DNA of 64,000 bases from Amoebidium appalachense (taxonomy: Eukaryota > Protista > Ichthyosporea): NCBI GenBank assembly GCA_963693365.1, contig CAVNZM010000015.1, positions 5,974,831-6,038,830 on the forward strand, written 5' to 3'. Shown here one piece after another: positions 25,122 through 51,775 of this stretch. Position 1 is the first letter of the stretch. Every line of letters begins with the position of its first letter. The translations under genes were made by a program, and so were the position numbers. A model generated the notes under the pieces. It made no database searches, was not told the origin of the DNA, and saw nothing but the letters and a program-made list of their open reading frames with translations.

Positions 25122-25989
25122 CCAGCTGATACCGAGTGTCCCAAGGGGAGCCCCTTTACAAAAAAAAAAAAAAAAAAAAAAAAAAAACCGGGAAACCCCA
25201 ACTAATTGATTTCTCCTTGTAGTCTTTATGGTGTCTCGTAGAGAAAGTAAACCCTGATATATAGTCACCACCCGACATCTATGTACGTGATCATGATATA
25301 CCGCTGAGGGGATATTCCGAGCAAAACCCCCTCCCATACCTGAGACTGGTTCTCTTTGCCTCGAGTAAACAGCGTAAACCCCTTAATGATATCTGGAGTA
25401 CGTCCATATGTCCATGAAACTGGCCCATGTTTGATTCAAGGGGCCCGGGGGAACAAGTTCATTCCAACTTCAAAACCTGCTCACGTTCGATAAGTCTTGC
25501 GTCAATCCCATGTTTTGATTCAAGCGGCACGTGCAACTTTGAAACTTCAAAACCTGCTCACGTTCGATAAGTCTTGCGTGAACCTGCCCGTAATATTCAG
25601 GAAAACTGTGCAGCCTTGGGTTCGTTTTTCACACGAACCGTTAGAGGCTTTGGGATACCAAAAGGATAGACATTCCTTGAAATTGAGGCAAAAGTTTAGG
25701 AGGCTGCCCACGTACTTTGTTAGGTGTGACTGGTGCCAGTGCTTGGCGAGGCGTTCTATAGAATCTGAATCTGATGTGTGTGCATATGCGCACGTGTTTG
25801 TGTGTGTGTGTTAAGCTTTGGGTGTGCGTTTGGGTGTGCACTTGTCTGTGTGGGTGTGTACGTGGGTCTCTGTGTGGGTGGGTTTTGGGTACCACCTGGG
25901 GAGGGGGAGAAGGGGGGATGGGGGGAAATTCGAAGGGGTGGGGCGGGCTAGGGTGTGTTTCATGTGTTTGTGTATGTGTGTGTGTACGT

Positions 25990-26023
<34 letters not shown>

Positions 26024-26092
26024 GGGGGGGGGGGAAGGGGGAGGAGCTATGCGCTGCATGTGCGTCCTCGACAGCCGGCCAGCATGATGCAA

Positions 26093-26543
26093 AAAGTTTT
26101 GTTGTAACCCTTGCGCTTTTGAATTCCGAGTTTCAGTGTATATGCCGTGCAGAGATTCCGTTTACAGATGCATGAAAGTGTATAGGGGCTAACGAAGCAT
26201 GACTTGGGTTTCTATGAAGCTCACTGTTTTATTTGTTCTTTTCCAGGCATTCATTCATTGCTTTCTTATGAAAGATCACAGCTCGTTCATTTTCACACCC
26301 ACAAAAGCACCAGACCAACCTCTAGTTGGTGGGTTTATACATACGCCATCCCTGCAATGGCCGTGGCTAACTTAGCGTAAGATCATTCGACGACAATGTA
26401 CCGGTACTGTGTTGTATGCGGTTGATGGGGATCAAGGACATTCAGTGATAACAAGTACGCGCGAGATTCCATACATTCTGTTGGAAATTTGAAAACCAAC
26501 CCCCAATATTACTATCAAAAGAAAAGGGTACCGTAATCCAACA

Positions 26544-26579
<36 letters not shown>

Positions 26580-26754
26580 CGCACGGAAAAGAACAACAAA
26601 AACCGGTCACCTGCATTCATCTGCATCACAATCCAAACAAAAGCCTAAAGGGTGATTAAAAACAACTCCCCCCCCCCCCCCCTCCCCCCCCAACCCAACC
26701 ACCCAACCACACACATGCACCATCCCACCTGGCCCGGACGGCACACACATCTGG

Positions 26755-26785
<31 letters not shown>

Positions 26786-26880
26786 AAAAGAAAAAGAAAG
26801 GGCATACACCCCACCACCACCCAAAAACCCAAAAAACCAGAACCTAAAAAGCATATTTAAAAGGGTTTAGGGTTAGGGTT
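26093..26880 (+). mobile_element. ~790-bp insertion ending in a telomeric tail, flanked by a 9-bp direct repeat
   Basis: ATGATGCAA at 26084-26092 and 26881-26889; 3' end TTAAAAGGGTTTAGGGTTAGGGTT (26857-26880). Confidence 0.6.
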
Positions 26881-26922
26881 ATGATGCAACTGCCACGCAC
26901 CCCCCACCACACCCACCCACTG

Positions 26923-36654
<9,732 letters not shown>

Positions 36655-36720
36655 GGCAGGGTGGCCCCTGCAGCCCCGTCAGCACACACACCCTAACAGC
36701 CACAGTTCCTCAAAAGCCAG

Positions 36721-36773
<53 letters not shown>

Positions 36774-36950
36774 AAAAAGCGTATGAAAAAGGGGCAAACG
36801 AGCACCCCCCCTCCCCCCCCCTCCCCCCCCCCCCCCCCCCCCCCCGCCCCCCCCGCTAAACGGTGACTGAACGCCCCGTTCCCACACGCCCTTTGGTGAT
36901 TGTATGCCACTTCCACAATGCCCCCTCCCTCTCCCCTCGCCCCTCCGTCG

Positions 36951-36986
<36 letters not shown>

Positions 36987-37559
36987 CACACACACACACA
37001 CACACTACCCCAAACATCCTCTCTTCCGTCCGCACAACCTGTGATGTGTTGCCCATGTGGCCTGGGTAGAAATTAATTAACACAGTGCCTAGGCAAAAAT
37101 ATGCCAATAAAATGCCACAGACACGTACGAAATGGAAAAAACAAACCATTCCCGTAACAGGAGTGCCTTCTGTATGGTTCAAACAAGAAAGCTCTTTCTC
37201 CTTGCCTCACCCCGTTCAGCTCTCAGCCCTACCCCTGTCATCCTTCCCCCCCCCCCCCCCCCCCCCCCCCCCACCGACGCTGCAACCAAGGAAAGACCCT
37301 TACCATATGCGGCAGCTTGCCGGCAGCCCCTCTGCAACCTTCTACTCGGGCTCCAACGCACTGTAGTGGCAACCTAGGCAGAGACTGGCGGTGTGGCCTG
37401 CACCCTGGGCCCGTGTCTGGCGTGGGTTTGGTGTGTGGTAGCGTGTGGTGTGCGCAGTCAGAGGCTATGGGCCTGTGCAACACTACGGCGCGTCTGTGCA
37501 ACACTACGGTTCGTCTATGCACACGTGCAACTCTACCGTGGACCTGTGCAAGCCTACAG

Positions 37560-37870
37560 TGAGCCTAGGTCAGCCTGGGGTTATTTCGACTGGTTATTAG
37601 CGTGTATCGGTGTGGCAGTCTATGTGCGTCCCGGCCCTACCCCCTTGACATGAAGTGGCCTCTGATCGTCAGAGCGGGAGAATAGTATTGTAGGCTGGTG
37701 CGCGATGACGTCACAACAGCCCTTTCACACCAGGCCCCGTGCCAGTCAACTACTGACTGGCACACGCACATTGCGGTAGCCTAAGAGGTGGAGGGAACTA
37801 ATTTGCGGTAGCCTAAGAGGTGGAGGGAACTAATTTGAATTGAATAGCAAGTCGAAGCGGACTGCCAGGT
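37560..37870. promoter_or_regulatory. Putative bidirectional promoter between the kinase and the plus-strand gene
   Basis: Head-to-head genes; TGACGTCA at ~37706; ~32-bp tandem duplication ttgcggtagcctaagaggtggagggaactaat at 37771-37834. Confidence 0.45.
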
Positions 37871-37965
37871 GTACACGCGTACGTAGCACAGGCACACAAC
37901 TAAACGTGCAACCCTGACACTGCCAACCAGCAAGCCCTCCGCGGCCACAGCCAAACAGCGCCACA

Positions 37966-40900
37966 ATGGCCGACGACAACAGCACTCTGCTGCCCGGTAC
38001 AACACCCCCCCCCCCCCCCCCCCCCCCCTCCCCTCCCCCCCCCCCCCCCCCTCTTATTCAACCTCCAACCCCCCCCCCCCCCCCCCCCCTCCCACATTTG
38101 AGGATGGGCTCTGCTTATGACGCATACTGTGCACATGGCTGATGTTGCATACTTGAATGTTTGCCTTTGCATGTGTCCTGCACCATGCTTCTCGTCGTGT
38201 ATGCGTACTTCGTACCGTGTTCCGCATTCAAACCCCCCCTCCCACATCCTCTCTTCTCCCTCTCTCCCTCCCCCCTTCTTCTTCCTCCACAGCCCGCCTT
38301 CCCTTCCTCTCTATCCCTGTGCGCCTGTATACCCCCCTGACGTGTGTGTGCAGGAGACACGGCCACCGCACTGTGGGTTGCTGCCCGTGAGGCCCTGGGC
38401 CGTGTGGGGGCGCAGCTGGCGCCCAGCGAGCAGAGGGGGTTCACGCTGCTGCTGCTGCTGGCCTGGCTGGTACTGGCCCACCCGAAGACAGAGGCACTGG
38501 TGCGCAGGCTGCAGGTGCGTGTGCGCGTGTGTGGTGGGCGAGGGGACGGAGGGGGTTAGGTGGTTGGGGAGGTTAGAGCGGTGGAGTTCGGGCAACAGTG
38601 GCACCTTTGGCTATAGGTGTTACTGTTTGTTTTTTGGAAAGGCATACCCGTGGTTTGAACACGTGCAAGCATATTCGTCTAAACACACGTGCAAGAATAC
38701 TAAATTCGCATACGTTCACGAAACGGTTGTCACACCGTGCTCTGCTTTCCCTGTACAGGCGTCACCCCTCCCACACCCTCCGGGGTCTCACTCTTTCAAA
38801 TTCCGTGTGCTGGGAACTGGTCTAAATCCCTCCCCCCTCCCCCCTCCCCCTCTCCCCCTCCCTCCCTCCTTGCCCTACACGCAGACATACCGATATTACC
38901 CCCCTCCCCCCCCCCTCCCTTCCCCTCCCCCTCCCCCCCCCGATTGTGCATTCAGCCTGACACGGAAACGTCCTGTACCTTTGCTCTTGCATCCACACGC
39001 CCACACCTTCTGGCCACCATCGTGTTCTATAAAGGTTCCTTGACCTGCCCTTCTCACACTCCCCTTTCTTCCATGCAAGGCAGATGTAAACCTGACAACC
39101 CCCCCCCCCCCCCCCCCCCCCCCAAGCAAGACTACCACTATGTGCAGCTACGTAACCGCCTAAAGCACCGCCTACGCCACACCCAAGTGGCCCATCCTCA
39201 GGTGCGCTGTGCTCTTGCCTAGCCGCCCACAGTGTGCACGGCCGTTCTGGTGTAGTGGGTGGCTATGCATGGCCTGGCTGGGCTGGGTTGCGTAGGATTG
39301 GGCCCTTGCAGTGCATGGCTCTGAGCCACACAGGAGGCATGGGTGTGTCTTGTGGCTGTGCCTGTGGGTGTCGTCTGTGTGCATGCTTAGGTGTAAGCAC
39401 TCCACCCGTGTTCGATATGCAAACTCAATTGCACGTGTGTGTGTCGTATGCACACACACTGTATGCACTAAACTTGGTAAACACGCCCACTGGCACGTTT
39501 GTGTATGGTAATGAGACACACTTGCCCTTGTGTACTAGAACCCACCCACACTTGCATGTGTGTGTATGGTATCCACCCCCGTATGCACAGTGATGTACAT
39601 GCTCGCTTGTGCTTATGTGGTATTCACACTCACTTGCGCGGGTATGTGGTACCCACACTCACTTGCACCTGTTCACTGATCTTTACCCCCTCCCCCCCCC
39701 CCCCCCCCCCGCCCCCCCCCTCTACAGCAGCGCTTGCCCCCCTGTGCCAAGGTGGTGCGTGCGGAGGAGGACGAAGTACCTGATCTTGCCCGGAGCAGCC
39801 CCACCCTGCTGTGAGTGGCCCTCGGGTGGGGTTGGGTGGGGGGGAGGGAGGGAGGGGGGGGGGGGATGAGGATGAGGGAGGTGTGTGTGTGTGGGGGGGG
39901 GGGGGGGGGGGGGAGGGGGGAGTGGGGGAGGTTGAGTGAAAGATGAAGGGGAGGTACAGGTGACCAAGGGCTCTTGTAATGGCATCGAGCTAAGGGAACA
40001 ATGAATGCACAGAAGGAAGGTGGGGTGTTTGTGTGTAAACGTGTGCGAAGTGGCTGTCTCTGGTTGTGACTGTGTGTAGGGGCTAGTGCTGGGAAGGACG
40101 GGCTGATGCGAGATGCGCAGTGCATGTGATGGCAGAACAAGGTCAGTGCTGTGCCTTGTATGGAAAACATATTCTAAACCCTGTACTTTGTATGGAAAAC
40201 ATATTCTAAACCCTTTACTTTGTATGGAAAACATATTCTAAACCCTGTGTCTTGCATGGAAAACATATTCTAAGCCCACCTACCCACAGACTGACGGAGG
40301 ACGAGCACGACATGCTGTCACGTGCAAAGGAGGCCATTGGTGGGTGGTCATGCGTGTTCGGCACACCTGCATGCACGGCACCATGTGAAAATATGCCCAG
40401 TCGGACAACTGCACCCACCACATGCGCTGTAGGAGTTGTGCCGTTTGTTGCACTTCTTCCGTGTCCTTCTTCGCATGTCTTTGTTTTGAAAACCCCCCTC
40501 GCCTCCCCCCCTCCCCCTGCCCCGCCTGTCCTCCTTGATCTTTCACCTGACTCCATGATTGTCCAATAATTTGTCTCTTAAGCGCGTATTGATTGGCTGT
40601 CCTTGTGACCCCTGGACCTTCACTTCTCTTCCCATGCCATCTGCACTTTGTTCTGGCCTATGTTCCCACTCACCCACAATTCTGGCACTGACATTGGGGG
40701 GCAGAGGCCAACGGCACGCAGTACATCATCGAGTTGATCAACAACAGCAAGAAGTCCACAGGTGGGTGGGGGGGTTTAATGGCATGTAATTCAGATGTGG
40801 AGGCATGTGCGCTGGGTTCAATGGAGGTGGGGTGTGTGAGTCTGTGCAGGGGAAATGAATTACCGGCACGTGTCAGTGAGGTGGTTGCACATAACGGGTA

Positions 40901-41395
40901 AGGGTAGATGACTAAGGGGGATTGGTGTGGCTGCAGGCAGTGCGTTTTCCATCATCTCCACCCCCATGTCTCCCTTCGACTACTTCATTGAGAACGACGA
41001 ACAGTGCGTCAGCTTCCGCATCAAAATCCGGCCCCTTGAGGTTCGACCCCCCCCCCCCCCCCCCCCCACATTACATATAATGTGTGCGCAATGTGAGGAG
41101 GCATCTATGTGCTGCGACGTGCTACTTTGTGTCCACCATGTGCCCCCCCCCCCCCCCCCTTGCTTTCGGGCCGGATATCTTAGCATCTCCCCGTTTCGCC
41201 TGTTCTTCCGTCCTACCAGTTTGCGTATGTGTCGTCCCAAACAGCCTCGCATCCTGCCCCCCTGCGTGGCTAATGGTGCCTATCAGGCTGATAGTAGCAG
41301 GTTTCTTGCTCATAAGGTTTAGGCAGGTCTCTGCTGTGGGAGTTATTTGAGTCAGGGAGGGACGGGGGAATGAGGGAGGGAGGGATTGCCGGGGG

Positions 41396-41441
<46 letters not shown>

Positions 41442-42781
41442 GAGAGGGAGGGGGGGGAGGGGGGGGGCGGGGGATGGGACGAAGGTGGGAGAGAAGGAGG
41501 GAGGGAGTTGGGGTGGAGCAGGAGGGAGGGAGTTTGGGGGGGGGGGGGGGAGGGACGGGGAGGGTGGGAGCTGGGAGGGGTGGAGCATGAATTGAATGTC
41601 ATAAAACCGTAGACCACATGTTTGTGCTCATGCCTGCACGCGTACACGCATACGAAGCGAAACACAAACACTGACCGGCCACGGACAGCGCTCATCATCC
41701 ACACATCTGCCGTTTGCCGTGCTGCCTGAGGGGGTGCTGAATGTCATTGTCAAGTTGACCTCCAAGGGCCAGCAGGTGGGTGTGTGCAGCGCACGGCATG
41801 TGGGGCTGTGTGTGTTTGCAGTGCACGGCATATGTGGCTGTGTGTGGGGTGCGTGCACAACATGTGATGCTGTGTGTGGGGTGCGTGCACAACAGGTGTG
41901 GCTGTGTGTATCAGGGTGTGTGTGTGCAGTGCTCCGATTTGTAAAGGGTGGGGTGGTTGCAGTGTACATGGGGTCATGTTGCATGGGCACGAATGTAGAC
42001 GGGGTGAGTGCCGGGGGGTTCAGGATGAGTATGTGATTGGAGGTGGTGGTGGGGAGGGGAGAAAGGGGTTCAAACGATGGAAAAGGGGGGGGGGGGGGGG
42101 GGGGGGGGGGAGGGGGTGCTAGGGAGAGGCGGGGGGGGGGGGGGGGGGGGGGGTTACGGTGTTAGAGAAATGAGCCGAAAGAGATGGTGAGGGCGAGCAA
42201 GCCTCGATCTGACTGGGTGGTTCAGTTACGTGAGCGGCAGTTTCAGGACGACTACCGCAACTTCCTGCACCTGACCCACTCATATGCCCTGGACGACTAT
42301 GGTGGGTTCACTGGGTGCGGGGTGCTGGGCAGGGGGTATGGGGGCCAGGGGTGACCTGGAGTAGTGGGGGGTAGTTTGGGCTGCTGGCCCAGCTCTGGGT
42401 GGCCCAACACCAGGTGTAGTACAACATCAGAGTAGTCAAATTTGGGTACACAATGCATGCCTCTGCCAGTGGGTAGGGTTTACCCAAACCCTTGGGTATA
42501 CACACATTCTAAACCACCCCCATACCCACACACACAAACACACCCAATCACACTCATACACATGCACGTACGCACCACGCAAGCACACATGCGCACACAC
42601 ATTCATGCACACACAGCTGCACACACATACACGTGCGCACAAGTGGCACATACACGTTTCAAGTTGTGTACATATACACACACACACGATAAGCAAAAGG
42701 GCATATTTTGGCGTTGACGTTCAGACCATGCGGTTAAAGGAGAATAGTTGACTTCTTACAGGGAACGTGCTAACGTGCTGA
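37966..42781 (+). CDS. Hypothetical ~220-aa protein with one N-proximal hydrophobic helix, ~10 exons
   Basis: GT-AG exons join in frame: MADDNSTLLPG/DTATALW..GFTLLLLLAWLVLAH..LQ/QDYHY..PQ/QRLPP..LL/LTEDE..AI/EANGT..ST/GSAFS..LE/RSSST..QQ/LRERQ..DY/GNVLTC*. Confidence 0.7.
40157..40275. repeat. 32-bp minisatellite, about 4 copies, containing CTAAACCCT
   Basis: tgtatggaaaacatattctaaaccctgtactt repeated. Confidence 0.85.
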
Positions 42782-43030
42782 TGTTGCCATGACCACAGAG
42801 TTTCCGTTTCCGCCGTATGACCCCAACCTGCAGAACACGCGTTGTTTAGAAACACAGGTTGGTGCTGGCACTAAGCCTCCCCTGAACATGGTTGGGATGT
42901 GTGTGGGGTGTGTGTAGTGTCTCAGAATGCAGGTGCGTGTGTGCTTGTGTGCCAATTGGGTGTGATCAAAATGAGGTGTGTTTGTGTGTGCTGTGTGTGG
43001 ATATATTGTGTATGTGTGTGTGTGTGTTGT

Positions 43031-43083
<53 letters not shown>

Positions 43084-43687
43084 TTGTGTGTTGGCATCGA
43101 GCTTTACATGGGCCTTTCGGAACGATGCAAACTCAGGCTGGGGCCGCCCCCTTTGTCAGCCTTGTGTAAGAACGACGGAGAGCGCTTGTGCAAGTATGCA
43201 CATGCAGTCATGCACATGTTGCTCAGGCCTGGGTGGCATTTTTGTGGGGTTGATCGCACTAATTAAAGAACAAGGAAAGAGAGGGCTCCTCAAATGAAAT
43301 TTGCCGAGGGCAATTTTTAGACTGCTTCAGCAGAGGGCCCAATCGAGCCCAGTCCAAGAATTGATCATGTTCGTATTGGCCGGGTGAGCCGTCAGCATTG
43401 CCATGCAGGGTCATCTTTGCGGCGGCAAAGATCGACCGTAAACATTGCCGCCACAAACATTCTGCTTACAATAACGGTCTATTGGCAAAATTCCATAGCT
43501 AGGTGGGCTGCCAATAGGGTTGGCGGGCTAAGGGCAAGGGCTGTGTGTGTGTGTGTCGCATGCTACGTTGAAACCGGGTGGGTGGCTGGCCTGTCTAACA
43601 TGTTGCTGCGCATTGCAGAGATACACTGTGTTCAAGGGGCCTTTGAAAAAGTATGGCCGAGTAGAGATAGCCCTCCATGAAATTGAG

Positions 43688-43723
<36 letters not shown>

Positions 43724-44076
43724 CCCGGCTAAGGGGTCGAAACACATACGCAATTGATGACTTGGGCCCTCCCTGAGGATGGGCTCTGCTTATGACGCAT
43801 ACTGTGCGCATGGCTATGTTGCATACTTGAATGTTTGCCTTTGCATGTGTCTTGTGCGTACTTCGTACCGTGTTCCGCATTCAAACCACCCCCCCCCCCC
43901 CCCCTCCCCCCCCTCTTCTCCCCCTGCCCTCCGTTAAACCTAACACAACACTATTTTTAGGTGGTATCTGGTGCCAAGCAATCAATGATAGGATGTAGTG
44001 ATCTAGATTGGAATTCTGTACTGTGATTGCGCCAGTGCTCAGGCTCGTTGGTTCCTTCTTAGTGTTTTGTTTGCTG

Positions 44077-44123
<47 letters not shown>

Positions 44124-44990
44124 AAAAAAAAAAACTACCACCATTACCCCCCCCCCCCCCCCCCAAAAAAAAAAAAAAAAAAAACAATTCTGTGGCCCGT
44201 AGGAAATGGATACCTGCAAATGAGAAAATACGAGGAACTGATTAATGTATAATGGCAACTTGGTGTGTAATATGGTATTTGCATGCATGGATATAATAGG
44301 GCAAGTATTTGAACCACCAAACCGCACATGAAGGCATGGATGAATGGAAACATGCACGTGCATATAGAAATATCACCCCACCTGGCTCACTCGGATCTTA
44401 CCATGCGGCCCATCTGGAAGAGGGAGGCATGACTTTGTACTCACTCTCTGTGTTTGCTGTCAGCCCATCAAGCACCTCTTTTATGCCGCCAGCGACAAGG
44501 CCCCGCGCTTTCTAACCTGGATTGCCTGGGAGGTGGGTGTCTGTCCCCAAAGCTAGTGGTATGTAGCTACTGCTGTCGAGTGACCCGCCAGTGGTTTCGC
44601 GTACACCATGTATTAAATACCGAGGCTCTGCTCAGGAGATATAACAACTGCTTGCTTCCTGTTGTCCCCCCCCCCCCCCCCCCCCCCCCCCCCTCTTGCC
44701 CCGGGGTGCCCGTGCACCTACCAAAACAGTTACCAAAAAAAAAATATAAAAAAATAAGCACCTTATATACACCCACCCGCACACTCCCCTCTTTAGCTGA
44801 GCACACAACAATTGCCTTTCCTCGTAGGTCAGGCAGTCTGGATGGGGTGTTTTGCTTTTGGTTGGGTGTCCTGTTTTTGCTTGTGTAAGCGTGTGATCCT
44901 TCCCACAGTCAGTAACCGGGTATGGCAGCGTGTTTGTTTTGGTTGGTTGGTGCAATAGCTGATACCCGTTAACATGGGAACAGGTCAAGA

Positions 44991-45530
44991 TCATCGTGCC
45001 GTGCAAGCAGATATTAAAGCTCGTCCGGCGACAACAAGAGCGCACAGCTGGTACGGCTCAATAGCATTGTTCGCGTTGCAGGCCGACCTGGGCTTAGGAA
45101 TCCTGGTTATGATCCGGGATATTTCTGGTGGTTGGCACATGCTTCCGTCTCTATTCACCAGTATGTAATGCAGCTGAATAGTCCATGGAGATTTGTAGGC
45201 AGGATTTTATAGGTAGATTGGGTGCCACGCTCACTCTGGCTGAGTATACCATGATTGATCATATGGGAGGCTGTAGTCAATATAACTAACTGTACATAGC
45301 ACTTATTATACAGAGCCGTATGGTTTTGTGGAGCTGAAGAGCAGATTGTCGGTTGAATATTCCACCTGCTCATCCCCGCCACTCATTATGTCATGACATG
45401 TGAATATCATACCAGTCTTTAGAAAATCCCCTTCTCTGTGGATGCCTTCCACGGTGGGTGGACAATTCAGTTCAAGTCAATCTGGCTGAAACAGCAAAGG
45501 GTAGTGTCCTGTGTTGCATGTGTTCGGCAA
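44991..45530 (-). pseudogene. Intronless ORF relic broken by TAA/TGA stops
   Basis: One frame reads as protein-like sequence through five internal stops: TGHYPLLFQPD*LEL..TGMIFTCHDIMSGG..PYGSV**VLCTVSYID..QPE*AWHPIYL*NP..ILVNRDGSMCQ. Confidence 0.4.
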
Positions 45531-45653
45531 TGTTCATTATAAATGGTGAGTTCAACATGTTATTTTGACCATTTGATATCGGCTCTCATAAATACTGTAG
45601 TGGAGAGAGTGTGTGATAGAGAATTATGATTGTATTGGTTGAATGTTAATGTT

Positions 45654-46732
45654 GGTGCCCGTGGCGCCAGACCAAAATTATGTGCACATGCATGCGTCTT
45701 CAGGGTGTGTGACCTGCGCGTGCACTCTCCCAACTTGGAGCGTACGACTCTGTTTCTTCTTCTCTTATTCTTCTTCTTCTTCTTTCTTTCTTTCTTTCTT
45801 TCATATCTTTTTCTTTCTTTCTTTCTTTCTTTTTTCTTTTTTTGGGGGGGGGGGATCACACGCCTTTTGCATAGGGCAAAATAGTCACAACGCAGGGACC
45901 GTGTCCGGCTGCATTCCGATCTCCTTCCATTTCCGTCAATCCGATCAAGCCGTTTTTTGAGAGAAGGGCAACAGAAATTGGTTTCAGCGCAAAATCATGG
46001 CGTGCGCCAGCGGCAACCTTTTTAAGCTTTATAACATTGTATTTACTAAAGCAGCCAAATATAAGCAAATATATTATATAAAAAGATTTCTATTAAAGAT
46101 AACATGATAAATATTTGGTTATTGAATGTTTTTTGTCTTCCCTTTGACTGCGATGGCGTCGCCGCCTCAAGGTAAATGTGTTTGTCATACTCTGGCTCAA
46201 ACGAATCAGGTAAAGCCGGCTCAGCGTCGTTGATCGATTGATTGGGCGCAAGCGGGAATCGGATTATTCAAAGTTATATGAGTTGATTGGATCCGCAATT
46301 CCATTTTAAAATACAAACTTTGAAGCCTTTTGATTGGATCCGCAATTCCAGTTTAAAAATTTAATGACTTTTTCGGTTGTGACTAATTGGCCAGATGTTT
46401 CTCCGGACATGTCTGGGGCTGCATGCGTTTTCAAATTCCACTCAGAGTCAAAAATTTAAACGTTTCATGATGCTGCTGCCTACTAGAGTGATAAACGTAT
46501 GGTGCCCGTGGCGCCAGTCTACCAAAATTGTGTGCACATGCATGCGTCTTCAGGGTGTGTGACCTGCGCGTGCACGCGCCCAACTTGGAGTGTTCGACTC
46601 TTGTAATTCTTCTTCTCGTCTTCTTCTTCTTTCCTTCTTTCTTTTCTTTCTTTTCTCTCTTTCTTTTTTTTTTTTTTTTTTAGGGGGAGGAAAAGGGGGG
46701 GGGGGGGGAGGGGGGGGGGGGGGGGGGGGGGG
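45654..46732. repeat. Two direct copies of a ~200-bp unit (45654-45855, 46501-46732) ending in a CT/T-rich tract plus poly-G
   Basis: ggtgcccgtggcgccag..accaaaatt..gcgtcttcagggtgtgtgacctgcgcgtgcac..cccaacttggag twice. Confidence 0.85.
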
Positions 46733-48779
46733 TTACACGTCGGCCGGTTCGCTATGAGGGCCCGCCCGGCCGGTTCGCCGCGGATACAAGCGGTTCAGGG
46801 CGGATCCGGGCCAAAGTTCGCCGAGAGCCGCGAAAGATCTGCAGCCAATTACACGAGCCATTCGACGCGATCTGTGGAATGCGAATACCCAGCTCACGGC
46901 AGAGACACTCCTGACAGGCACCCAATCGATCGGAGCGCGGCGAAAGCATGAAACAGGATATAGCAATAAACGATAACACATAGATTTGAAGTATGTAAAA
47001 GGCTTTAAAGATTATTAAAACACCGTACGTACAGGTATGCACATGCACGCGAACAAGGACATTGTCGCCGCACGTGTTAGGTCCTTGCTTGTTATATAGA
47101 CCAATCAAACTACGCTTGAGCGTTGCAAAATTCCTTTTTCATGATCTCGGTGCCACTCCTACCTGCCCATTCCTATTCAGTATTTAAGTTGTATTAAATA
47201 GTAATATAATGATTTTTATCATTTATTTATACATTAAATTTATTCTTTGCAGATTATATGTACAATGTTGACCGTAACTACATGCTCCTTAGCGTCCTTT
47301 GCTTTGTCACCAATATGAGCCGAAAATTCCCATTTACCCGCATTTCTTAGTTCTCGTCTATGATTGGTTCACGTAAACAATTTCTTATCGCTTTGTCACC
47401 ATCTTGCCACCCGCCGCACTGATCAGTTTCAGATGACGAGTGGCTCACACGCTGTGCAGTACAGCGGCCTAGTGGGGGAGGCACACACGTAGGGGAGGGA
47501 CGCGGCCCACTGTGCGTTGATTGGCCAGGGAAGTATGTGGGATAGTCGTGGCGAAAGAGCAGGAATATGCACGCGGGTGATTGGATGGCGGAGAGAGGTG
47601 CAGAGGAGTGCAGGGGCAACGTATCGGGTCAGAGGAAGAGCGGGAAGAGAGATCGAGCCGGGTCAAGGGAAGCATGCGAGCCGGGTCAAGGGAAGCGTGC
47701 AAAAGGAAGAGAACGAGCCAAGAGAGCGGGCCGGGAGAGGGGAGAAATGGAGAAAGGGGGAAAGGGGGGGGATTACCTGATTGGTCGCCCATTGTAGTCA
47801 TTCCCACCAATGGAGTAACAGCACCATTAGCTAGAAAAAGCTAAGATGAAGTAACCAAAAATGGAAGGCTTTCTGCTCAGGAAGGTAAAAAAAACGGCTT
47901 CTACCCATCACCCCGATTGCAGGATTTGATTGTGGGACTAAATGTGGGACATAGCGGCAGAAACTTTTTCGCCAATCAAAACTGATAACTCGATAACATC
48001 TGCTTATCACAAAGTAATCACAACGAGGACGATTAGAACGAAACAGGAATAACGGTTCCATATATTACTTGCGGAGGTTTTCCCAAGTCGACTTTCTGTC
48101 TACATATTTTACACATCGCTCATGCGCTTCAAAGAACGAGTAAGGAGCAGACAGGGCTGGTCTCTTCAGCACACAGCACACACCTTGTTTTGGACGGCGT
48201 TCTTTTCGCGGGATAACGCAACAGCTTTAAGGTACTGTTAATTTTGGGGCTGCATCTTGGGAGTGTTGGTATATGGTGAACTGGTTCTGTTGTTGTTGCA
48301 AGTCACTCTCCATCGTCATCTACCACGCGTATTCAGACTTGCCTGTTATGTCCTATGCACCTGCGTCTGCAATTTTTGTTTATTTCGTGCCTCATGGGGA
48401 ATACCTCCTGCTTGTTTCACAGGTTAACCTGGTAATGGCAGGCGTAAATGGATATTTGTCCCCTGGGTTGCCTCTGTGTGTGCTGCGTGTAAAACACACA
48501 CACACACCATCGGTTGTGTCTGTCTCTGTGGATACATCTGCAGGCTCTCTTTTACGAACACCTCCCCCCCCCCCCCCCCCCCCCCCGGACACACATACAC
48601 GGAAGACACAACGCACACAACCACTCTCTCCCCCCTGTAATCCGTAACCTCTTCTACCTTTCCACGCACACACACCCGCTTCTCATTCTATATTTATCAT
48701 CCCCCCCCCCCCCCCCCCCTCCCCCCCCCCCCCCCCCCCGATCCCCCCTCTCCATTCACACCTCCCCTCGCACACCACA

Positions 48780-51775
<2,996 letters not shown>

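Noticed and set aside
46738-46815. HDV-like ribozyme (GGCCGG...CCGGCC-GG)
   Set aside because: The segment between the P1 strands is too short and lacks the P3/L3 UCCUCGC-type motif
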